Positions 9,972 to 18,402 of a stretch of 56,996 nucleotides of DNA are shown here, one piece after another; the stretch's first letter is position 1, and every line of letters starts with the position of its first letter. Below the pieces are notes generated by a model. The model did not search any database. It was not told where the DNA came from and was given only the letters and a program-made list of their open reading frames with translations. Location: the sequence record SRR31156797_1175, one strand, 5' to 3'. A program made the position numbers and the translations under genes.

Positions 9972-11009
9972 ATGAAAAAATACTATATATTTCTTTTTGC
10001 ATTAGTAAGTATGCTGGGCATTTTCACGAGTTGTGATGAAGATGGAGAGCAACTAGTAATGCGAGAAAACGTTATTGCTCCCTCAATAACATCAATGCCA
10101 GATTTGACATTGATTAGAGCAAATGGAGACAATGTGCTTACATTTGAATGTTCTCCTGTTGAAGTGGGATTTACAGCCTCGGCAACTTATTTTCTTGAAG
10201 CTGCTCCTACTGGAGATAACTTCCAAAATGTCACTCAAATTTATAGCGGATTTACATGTGACAATATTGAAATAACAGTAAGTGAATTAAATACTCTATT
10301 GTTAAACATTCTTCCTGCAGATCAAACATCATCTGCAGATTTTAGAATACGTTGTGTATTAGAGACGGATGCTGGTCTTGGAGTCGAAGAGTTTGAATAT
10401 TCCTCTGAGATCATCACGGCAGATGCTACTATTTTTGGTTTACTTCGTTTAGATGTAATTATTGCTGGAAAAGAAAATCAAAATATTAAATCTCCGGGAA
10501 GCAATGGAATTTATGAAGGTTTTGTAAAAATTGGTGCTGGTGAAGAATTTACTTTACTTGATCCAGATAACAATATTTCGTACGGTGCAGGTGGTTCTGG
10601 TCTTGCTGTTGATGGTTCTGCAATTACTGTAAATAACCCAGGTTGGCATATGGTCACAGCTGATGTTAATGCTTTAACATATACTGCAGAAGAATATTTC
10701 ATTGGACTTGTTGGTACTGCTACACCTAATAACTGGGATGCTCCTGATCAAAAAATGGACTATGATCCAGCAACTAAAACCTGGTCAATTACACTTGATT
10801 TAACCGATGGTGTCGTTAAATTTAGAAGAAATGACAGTTGGAGTTGGAATATGGGATTTGTAGAAGGAGAAACTACTGGATACACTGGAGCATTGCAACA
10901 AGGTGGAAATGGGAATGATATTCCTGTTCCTGGAGGTGCAGGTAACTACACAGTTATCTTTACAATCCTAAGTGACGAAGCTGGTACTTACGAATTTATT
11001 AAGAACTAA
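9972..11009 (+). CDS. SusE-like surface lipoprotein with C-terminal starch-binding module
   Basis: True start at ATG 9972 (MKKYYIF...FTSC lipobox). SusE-type N domain and SusE/F CBM motif GLVGTATPNNWD...VKFRRNDSWSWN. Confidence 0.82.
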   Translation: MKKYYIFLFALVSMLGIFTSCDEDGEQLVMRENVIAPSITSMPDLTLIRANGDNVLTFECSPVEVGFTASATYFLEAAPTGDNFQNVTQIYSGFTCDNIEITVSELNTLLLNILPADQTSSADFRIRCVLETDAGLGVEEFEYSSEIITADATIFGLLRLDVIIAGKENQNIKSPGSNGIYEGFVKIGAGEEFTLLDPDNNISYGAGGSGLAVDGSAITVNNPGWHMVTADVNALTYTAEEYFIGLVGTATPNNWDAPDQKMDYDPATKTWSITLDLTDGVVKFRRNDSWSWNMGFVEGETTGYTGALQQGGNGNDIPVPGGAGNYTVIFTILSDEAGTYEFIKN

Positions 11010-11029
11010 TTGTATTAGTTAAATAATAT

Positions 11030-11058
11030 AGTATTCTGCCTGCAAATGGCAGAATACT
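11030..11058. other. Intra-operon stem-loop between the susE-like and susF-like genes
   Basis: Perfect 11-bp stem AGTATTCTGCC-N7-GGCAGAATACT without a + strand U-tract. Confidence 0.7.
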
Positions 11059-11073
11059 TAAAAAAGATGAAGT

Positions 11074-12927
11074 ATGAAAAATAATATATTAATCAAATTA
11101 TTAGGACTAACCTTCGCTTCTTTATTATTAGTGTTTGTTGGTTGTGATAAAGATGATCTTCCAAGATTAGATGCCGAAATGGCTACTTGGAAATCGGATG
11201 GAATTACATCTACTTCCGTACTCTTAAGCGGTATTGTTGTTGCTGAAGGTGACGGTATTGCAGAATATGGAGTTGTTTGGGGATTAACTGAAAACCCTAC
11301 AATTGCAGATTCTAAAAAAGTAGCTGATAAAGTAGAAAAAGCTGTTTACTGGATAACTGTTGATGGCTTGGAACATTTAACTACATATCAATACCGAGCC
11401 TATGTAATAATGGAAGATGAAACTGTGGTGTATGGTGATAACGACACTTTTACAACATTAGCAAATATTGCAACTGTAACGGCCGGTGATGCAACAGGTA
11501 TTACTGATATTTTTGCACAAGTAGCTGTTGAGGTACCTTATGATGGAAAAGCAGAAGTAACTTCAAAAGGTGTATGCTGGAATACAGAAACTCTTCCTAC
11601 TATAGAGAACGATTCAACTCTAAACGGAAGTGATATTGGTGGATTCACAGCAGATTTAAAAGGTTTATTACCAGCAACAACTTATTATGCTCGTGCATAT
11701 GCTATTAACTCTGTAGGAACCGCCTATAGTAGCGAAATTACATTCACTACTAATATTGGAGTTGCTGTATTAACAACCGATAGTGTAAGAGATGTAACCA
11801 AAACAACAGCTAATGTTTATGCTAATGTAATCGTAAATGGTGGTGTTGATATAACAGAAAGAGGTTTTGTATACGCAATGGCCGAAAATCCAACTATTAC
11901 TGATACAAAAATTTCAGATGCTGAAAACACAACAGGAACTATGACTGCAGCTTTAACAGAGCTTGCTTCAGGAACAACCTACTTTGTTAGAGCATTTGCT
12001 ACCAATAGTGAAGGTACTGCTTATGGCGATAATATTCAGTTCTCAACAATAGCCGATATTACAACCTGGTATTTACCTGGAAATTATGTTGCTGCAAGTT
12101 ATCCTGGTTCTACATTTGGAGATTGGGATCCTGCAAATTCTCCTATTGTAATGAACACTGTTGACGATGCTACTGCATTAGAGGGATATGTATATATGGC
12201 TAACTCAAGTAATGGTTGGAAGTTTGCTTCTCAACCGAATTGGGATGGTCCAAATTATGGTGCTGGTGCAAACGCTGGAGAATTAGATGCTTCTGGTGAC
12301 AATATCAGTTCTCCAATGGGCTATTATAAAATGAATGTAGATCTTTCTACTACTCCAATTACCTACACTGCAGTAGCAACTGACTGGGGTGTTATTGGTA
12401 GTGGAACACCTGGAGGTTGGGATTCTGATACAGACCTAACTTACGATCCTGCTTCAAGAACATGGAGAGGAACAATCCATCTTACAGCTGCTGAAATCAA
12501 ATTTAGAGCAAATGACGATTGGGGCATTAATTATGGATTAAATTCAGGAGAAGAATTTTTAGGTGAAGGTGATTCTAATATCGCTATAGATCAAGAAGCT
12601 GATTACGATATTACTCTTGACTTAAGCACTCCTAATAAATATACCTATATGGCAAACAGATGGGGACTTATAGGTGATGCCACTCCTGGAGGATGGGATA
12701 CTGATACTGATATGACTTGGGATGCTGGAAACAATGTATTCTCTGTAACATTAGATCTTACTGTAGGTCAGTTTAAATTTAGAGCAAATGATGACTGGGC
12801 TGTTAACTATGGTGGCGATATTGCTGCATTAACTGCAGGTGGAGCTAACATTGACGTTGCGGAAGCTGGTAATTATACTATTACTTTTGATACAATGACA
12901 AATGTTGCAACTGTAACAAAGAACTAA
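11074..12927 (+). CDS. SusF-like lipoprotein: three Fn3-like domains followed by SusE/F-type starch-binding modules
   Basis: Lipobox FVGC; three repeats ending TTYQYRAY, TTYYARAYAINSVGTAY and TTYFVRAFATNSEGTAYG; CBM repeats WG(V/L)IGxxTPGGWDxD...KFRANDDW. Confidence 0.85.
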   Translation: MKNNILIKLLGLTFASLLLVFVGCDKDDLPRLDAEMATWKSDGITSTSVLLSGIVVAEGDGIAEYGVVWGLTENPTIADSKKVADKVEKAVYWITVDGLEHLTTYQYRAYVIMEDETVVYGDNDTFTTLANIATVTAGDATGITDIFAQVAVEVPYDGKAEVTSKGVCWNTETLPTIENDSTLNGSDIGGFTADLKGLLPATTYYARAYAINSVGTAYSSEITFTTNIGVAVLTTDSVRDVTKTTANVYANVIVNGGVDITERGFVYAMAENPTITDTKISDAENTTGTMTAALTELASGTTYFVRAFATNSEGTAYGDNIQFSTIADITTWYLPGNYVAASYPGSTFGDWDPANSPIVMNTVDDATALEGYVYMANSSNGWKFASQPNWDGPNYGAGANAGELDASGDNISSPMGYYKMNVDLSTTPITYTAVATDWGVIGSGTPGGWDSDTDLTYDPASRTWRGTIHLTAAEIKFRANDDWGINYGLNSGEEFLGEGDSNIAIDQEADYDITLDLSTPNKYTYMANRWGLIGDATPGGWDTDTDMTWDAGNNVFSVTLDLTVGQFKFRANDDWAVNYGGDIAALTAGGANIDVAEAGNYTITFDTMTNVATVTKN

Positions 12928-12939
12928 ATCATACAATTT

Positions 12940-12970
12940 AAAAGAGCATACTTCGGTATGCTCTTTTTTT
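12940..12970 (+). terminator. Rho-independent terminator after the susF-like gene
   Basis: AAAAGAGCATAC-TTCG-GTATGCTCTTTT stem with a cUUCGg loop and a T-tract. Confidence 0.88.
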
Positions 12971-13018
12971 ACATACAACAAGCCAATTTAAAAGGATTCG
13001 ATCAATACAAAGCTAACT

Positions 13019-16000
13019 ATGAAGAATTTTTACACATACATCCTTTCATTGTTATTACTAGTTCCTGTAATAACAAAGGCACAAATCACAACTGTACCCG
13101 AATTTCCTAATGCCAATTCTGAAATCACAATTACATTTGATTCCTCACAAGATTCAAGATTAGGAACATTTACCGGAGAATTATATGCTCATACAGGAGT
13201 AATGATTGAAGGAAATGCAGATTGGCAACATGTTATTGGTTCATGGGGAGATAATACTGCACAACCACAACTAACAAATAACAATGATGGAACTTACACT
13301 CTTGTTATTACACCAAATATTACCGATTTTTATTCTGTTACTACAGGAGAAGTCGTGACCCAAATTGCTGCTGTTTTCCGCTCGGCAGATGGCAGTCAAC
13401 AATCCAACGATCTATTTATTGATATCTACCAAGAAGGTTTAAACGTAAGTTTCTCCTCTCCTACTGATAATAAAATGATCGCAAAAAATGAAGAACTTCA
13501 AGTTGAAATTAAATCAAATATCAGTGAAAGCTTAAGTCTTTACCTTGATGGTGATTTAATAGAGAACACCACTACTGAACAAGAAATTAATACAAGCATA
13601 CAAAGCAATATTTCTGGAAATCATGAATTAATTGCTGTTGCCACATCGGGATCGGAAGAAGCCCGAGAAACAATTCATTTCTATGTTAGAGAAGATGTAA
13701 TTGTAGAAGATATGCCTACCGGAGTAATCGAAGGAATCAATTACATTGATGATAATACGGTAACTTTAGCGATGTATGCTCCTAAGAAAGATTTTGCTTT
13801 TGTAATTGGAGATTTTACCAATTGGGAAGTCGACAATGCATATCAAATGAAAAAAGATGAGGATTATTTTTGGATTACTATCGACAATCTTACTGCAGGG
13901 CAAGAATACGTCTTTCAGTATATTATCGACGGTGATGTTAAAATTGCAGATCCTTATGCCGACAAAGTTTTAGATCCTTGGAATGACCAGTATATTGATG
14001 ATTCTACTTATCCAGGTTTAATTGATTACCCTTCAGATAAAACTACAGAAATTGCAAGTGTTCTTCAGACCGGACAAACTGCCTTTAACTGGACCGATTC
14101 TCAATTTACAATGCCTGCCAGCGATGATCTTGTTATTTATGAACTTCATGTTCGTGATTTTGTTGCAACAGGTAATATAAAAACAGTAACCGATACTCTT
14201 GATTATTTAGATCGTCTTGGAGTAAACGTAATCGAACTGATGCCTTTTAACGAGTTTGAAGGCAATGATTCGTGGGGATACAATCCATCATTTTACTTTG
14301 CTCCCGATAAAGCATATGGAACTAAGGAAGATTACAAAACATTCATTAATGAATGTCATAAAAGAGGTATTGCTGTCTTTATGGATATGGTTTTAAACCA
14401 CACCTATGGTCAATCGCCATTTTTAAGAATGTACTTTGATGGTACAAATCCTACAGCAGATAATCCATGGTACAATGAAAATCATAACTTTGAAAACACT
14501 GATGCTCATTGGGGTTATGATATCAATCACGAAAGTGAAGCTACACAGAAATTGGTAGATCGTATCAATGCATATTGGATGAATGAGTACCACATTGATG
14601 GTTTCCGTTTTGATTTCACGAAAGGTTTCTCTAATAAGAATCATCCCAATAGTGGATCTGATGTCTGGGGAAGTGATTACGATGCGGATAGAATCAGATT
14701 GCTAAAAAGAATGGCTGATGAAATTTGGAAAGTGAATTCTGATGCTATTGTAAGTTTCGAGCATTTATCTGACAATACAGAAGAAACAGAACTTGCCAAT
14801 TATGGAATTCATTTGTGGGGAAATGCAAATGGAAACTATAATGAAGCCACAATGGGATACCATGAAAATAACAAATCCGATTTAAGCTGGACCTCCTGGA
14901 AACAAAGAGGTTGGAATGCTCCGAGAGTTGTGAACTACATGGAAAGTCACGATGAAGAGCGTTTAATGTATAAAAACCTACAGTACGGAAATTCATCTGG
15001 TGATTACGATGTTACGGATTTAAATACAGCTTTATCAAGAATTGAAACTGCCGCAGCCTTTTTCTTTACCATTCCTGGTCCTAAAATGATCTGGCAATTT
15101 GGCGAGTTGGGTTACGATTTTTCAATCGAGGAAAACGGAAGAGTTGGCAAAAAACCTATTCGTTGGGACTATCAGGATAATGCCAATCGCAAAAGACTGT
15201 ATGATGTATTTTCAGCCTTAATCAAACTTAAGAAAGAGGAAATTGCATTCGAATCAGATGATTTTGTTCTTGCTACAAGTCAGGCACTAAAAAGAATTGA
15301 GATTAATCATTCTGATATGAATGTTCGTATCATTGGAAATTTTGATGTTATTGCAGGAGAAATCAATCCTAATTTTAGCGAAACAGGAAGCTGGTATGAT
15401 TATTTCACAGGAAAGGAAATTACGGTTAGCAATCCAACTGAAAAAATAGCATTAGAGCCTGGTGAATATCACATTTATACAAACAAACAATTAACTACAC
15501 CTAATATTCCTGCTGCACCAATTGCAAATAATGTTGTAATTAATGGTACATTCAAAGAGTTAGAGACATTAACAGCTAGTTACGATTACTCCGATATAAA
15601 TAATGATTTAGAAGGAAGTTCAATTCTTCAATGGTATCGGGCTGATGATTCAAATGGAACAAATGAAGAATCAATTACCGGAGCGACGCAATTGACCTAC
15701 ACATTAGCTGCCGCTGATAGAAATAAATATATTCGTTTCTCGGTTACTCCTGTTGCTGCCACCGGAGAACCTGCTAGTGGTGAAATCGTATTTAGCAATT
15801 ATACCGATAAGATTGTATCAATTGTAAATCCTCCTGTTGCAAGTAATCTTGTCATAAGCGGAACAGAACGTGAAGATGAAATTTTAACAGCAAGCTACGA
15901 TTACTCTGATATTGATGGCGATTTGGAAGGAAATTCCACTTATCAATGGTATCGTGCAGATGATGCTTCCGGAACAAATGAAGAAACAATTGCCGGAGCA

Positions 16001-16708
16001 ACTGATTTAACTTACACTTTAACTGCTGACGATAGGAATAAGTTTATTCGTTTCTCAGTTGTTCCAGTTGCAGCAACTGGAGATCCTTCAAATGGCGAAA
16101 TTGTGTTTAGTATTTACACCGGTGAAATTGTGTCTTTGGTAAATAAACCACTTGCTAGCAATGTATCAATTAGTGGAATTTACCGTGAGGATGAAACCTT
16201 AACAGCAAACTACGATTATTCTGATATTGATGGCGATGTGGAAGGTAGCTCAATATATCAGTGGTATAGAGCTGATAATGCCAATGGTACCAACGAGGAA
16301 GCAATTACAGGAGCCACAGAATTGACTTATACCTTGGTTAGAGATGACAGAGGAAATTTTGTACGATTCTCAGTAATTCCTGTTGCTGCAAGCGGGGAAT
16401 TATTACAAGGAGATATTGCATATAGTTCTTACTCGGATGAAATTTCGTATTCCACAGGAATAGATGATGTTCTTAAGAAAGAACTAAGGCTTTATCCAAA
16501 CCCAGTGAGAGATATTCTTCATTTAGAGAATTTGAAAGATGTGAAAACTTTATACTTATTCAATACATCGGGCAAAGCAATTGTATCTGTAAATATGCCT
16601 AATGCGTCCACAGAATTAAATTTGGGGAATTTGGCTAGCGGCGTTTACCTATTGATTTTTGAATTGGAAGATGGTTCCAAATTGAGTAAAAAAATCATAA
16701 AACAGTAA
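13019..16708 (+). CDS. T9SS-secreted GH13 alpha-glucan hydrolase with CBM48-like domain, three Ig-like repeats and T9SS CTD
   Basis: YELHVRDF, SWGYNP, MDMVLNH, catalytic motifs DGFRFD / FEHL / ESHDEE; C-terminal LYPNPVRD...LASGVYLL...KKIIKQ type-A sorting signal. Confidence 0.92.
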   Translation: MKNFYTYILSLLLLVPVITKAQITTVPEFPNANSEITITFDSSQDSRLGTFTGELYAHTGVMIEGNADWQHVIGSWGDNTAQPQLTNNNDGTYTLVITPNITDFYSVTTGEVVTQIAAVFRSADGSQQSNDLFIDIYQEGLNVSFSSPTDNKMIAKNEELQVEIKSNISESLSLYLDGDLIENTTTEQEINTSIQSNISGNHELIAVATSGSEEARETIHFYVREDVIVEDMPTGVIEGINYIDDNTVTLAMYAPKKDFAFVIGDFTNWEVDNAYQMKKDEDYFWITIDNLTAGQEYVFQYIIDGDVKIADPYADKVLDPWNDQYIDDSTYPGLIDYPSDKTTEIASVLQTGQTAFNWTDSQFTMPASDDLVIYELHVRDFVATGNIKTVTDTLDYLDRLGVNVIELMPFNEFEGNDSWGYNPSFYFAPDKAYGTKEDYKTFINECHKRGIAVFMDMVLNHTYGQSPFLRMYFDGTNPTADNPWYNENHNFENTDAHWGYDINHESEATQKLVDRINAYWMNEYHIDGFRFDFTKGFSNKNHPNSGSDVWGSDYDADRIRLLKRMADEIWKVNSDAIVSFEHLSDNTEETELANYGIHLWGNANGNYNEATMGYHENNKSDLSWTSWKQRGWNAPRVVNYMESHDEERLMYKNLQYGNSSGDYDVTDLNTALSRIETAAAFFFTIPGPKMIWQFGELGYDFSIEENGRVGKKPIRWDYQDNANRKRLYDVFSALIKLKKEEIAFESDDFVLATSQALKRIEINHSDMNVRIIGNFDVIAGEINPNFSETGSWYDYFTGKEITVSNPTEKIALEPGEYHIYTNKQLTTPNIPAAPIANNVVINGTFKELETLTASYDYSDINNDLEGSSILQWYRADDSNGTNEESITGATQLTYTLAAADRNKYIRFSVTPVAATGEPASGEIVFSNYTDKIVSIVNPPVASNLVISGTEREDEILTASYDYSDIDGDLEGNSTYQWYRADDASGTNEETIAGATDLTYTLTADDRNKFIRFSVVPVAATGDPSNGEIVFSIYTGEIVSLVNKPLASNVSISGIYREDETLTANYDYSDIDGDVEGSSIYQWYRADNANGTNEEAITGATELTYTLVRDDRGNFVRFSVIPVAASGELLQGDIAYSSYSDEISYSTGIDDVLKKELRLYPNPVRDILHLENLKDVKTLYLFNTSGKAIVSVNMPNASTELNLGNLASGVYLLIFELEDGSKLSKKIIKQ
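15514..16450 (+). repeat. Three 315-bp (105-aa) intragenic repeats encoding Ig-like (AIR9-like) domains
   Basis: TACGATTA(C/T)TC(C/T)GAT recurs at 15581, 15896 and 16211 (period 315). Peptide consensus LTAxYDYSDIxxDxEGxSxxQWYRAD..GATxLTYTL...DRxxxxRFSVxPVA. Boundaries are approximate. Confidence 0.9.
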
Positions 16709-16738
16709 TCAAGTTTTCTTTATAGTTTATAAATCAGT

Positions 16739-16777
16739 AAAATCCCGCAAGTCATAACTGGCTTACGGGATTTTTTT
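16739..16777. terminator. Bidirectional terminator between convergent genes
   Basis: AAAATCCCGCAAGTCA / TGGCTTACGGGATTTT imperfect stem with a T-run. Confidence 0.75.
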
Positions 16778-18221
16778 ATTTTATTTCCAACTCCAATCTA
16801 TAACGTATTTCTGAATCACCTGGCTGCATTATCAACTGATAATTCCCAGGAATTAATGGATCATCAGGCATCGAAATCTTAAATACAAAAGGAGAATCTC
16901 CATAGCTTCCAATCTGTTCCCGAACCAAATTCTCCTTAGCATCGATTATCTTAAGATTAAGCTCCTTATTAAAAAACTGCATCAGATGAAATTGCACAAA
17001 TACATTTTCCGATTCTGAATAATAGTAGTCCTGATCTGCCCCCATAAACTCTTCTCTCTCCTGCTTATTGTTTTCGTTAAGGTCAATAAATCCGGTGAAA
17101 AAGAAAAATCCTTCTTGCCCTTTTTTAAAGTTTGGAGCCATATTATCTACATTTTCGCTTACCCCCATAGCCATTTTAGGAACTTCTGGTAAGGAATCTG
17201 TCACTACAACCAATTCTGGTTCCGAATCAGCACTATCTTCCATTTCCGGGTCAGAAATTAAATTTTTAATAGTATCATTTACCTGAACCAACAATCGGTA
17301 TTGCTTAGGAGTTTCCTGCCCTAAGGATGCTGTTATCATATATTCACCTGCTGGTGCTTCTTTCAATATCCTTAAAAATTCATTTCCCTTACTCAAAGTA
17401 TCTCTATTCATTGTATAATGCTGCAAACTATCCATTTTCGAAATGTTCATAGCAATGAGATCATATTTTGAATTCCATATCTGATAAACAACTTCCTGAT
17501 TGCTCATAGGTAAATTTAATCCTATCTGAAAGTTTACATTTCCCAAATCAAATTGATACTGATTTAACCCTAAAACTTCAGTACTATCCATTTTCATATC
17601 TCCATCTTCATCTATCCATTCTTCAAACAGATGAAAACTCTCTGGCAGAAGTTTCTTTCTTATTTTTAAGAAAGCTTTTCCATTGGGTTCTTTTAATGAA
17701 AAGTTTATTTGGTAAGTTTCGGCATTATTTTCAGGATTTATAGTTAATATGTAATCGCCTACTGGTAGAAACGAATCGAAATTTGAATAAGAAAACATAG
17801 GATTGCTTGTATAAATCTTTCTAATGGTTCTAATAAGATTACCACCAGTATCCCAAATTCTCAATTTTAAACTTGTTCCTTCTTTTATTTTAGGATCGTA
17901 TAAAGTTGCGCTAATGGATTCTCCTTTAGAGAATGACTCTTTGCCTAAACCAAAAAATTCATTTCGCTCTACAATTTCATTTTCATTCAAATCAACCCAT
18001 TTATTATAGGCAAACAATCCTATGGGAATATCATTCTTTTTTTGAATAATTTCAGATTCCACATTAAACACTTGTTGATCTTCTATCTTTTCTTTTTTCT
18101 CTGTTATTGGAGGATCATTTGTAGCCTGTTCCTGACTATACGAAATTATAACACTGAAGAAAAAAATGGCAAGTGCCAACAAACACCTGCCAAAAATACT
18201 TTTGAATATTCTTTGTATCAT
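16776..18221 (-). CDS. Secreted hypothetical protein with three repeated domains, each containing an EF-hand-like loop
   Basis: N-terminal signal peptide and loops DLNENEIVERNE, DEDGDMKMDSTE, DLNENNKQEREE; each repeat ends in an Ig-like PxGxYxL strand. Confidence 0.75.
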   Translation of the reverse strand: MIQRIFKSIFGRCLLALAIFFFSVIISYSQEQATNDPPITEKKEKIEDQQVFNVESEIIQKKNDIPIGLFAYNKWVDLNENEIVERNEFFGLGKESFSKGESISATLYDPKIKEGTSLKLRIWDTGGNLIRTIRKIYTSNPMFSYSNFDSFLPVGDYILTINPENNAETYQINFSLKEPNGKAFLKIRKKLLPESFHLFEEWIDEDGDMKMDSTEVLGLNQYQFDLGNVNFQIGLNLPMSNQEVVYQIWNSKYDLIAMNISKMDSLQHYTMNRDTLSKGNEFLRILKEAPAGEYMITASLGQETPKQYRLLVQVNDTIKNLISDPEMEDSADSEPELVVVTDSLPEVPKMAMGVSENVDNMAPNFKKGQEGFFFFTGFIDLNENNKQEREEFMGADQDYYYSESENVFVQFHLMQFFNKELNLKIIDAKENLVREQIGSYGDSPFVFKISMPDDPLIPGNYQLIMQPGDSEIRYRLELEIK

Positions 18222-18402
18222 GGCTAAAGGTTTAAAGCTGAAAAAAGGTTGCTATTAATTTAAATACGTTCTTAATAGCCTATATGTTTTAGCTTTACAC
18301 CATTAGTTTGATGAATTGCAGGTGAAAAATGGTTAAAAATCCTTAAGAATTGTTACACCGAAACTAATGGTGATATAATGCCAGTAAATTTCGATTATAT
18401 AA

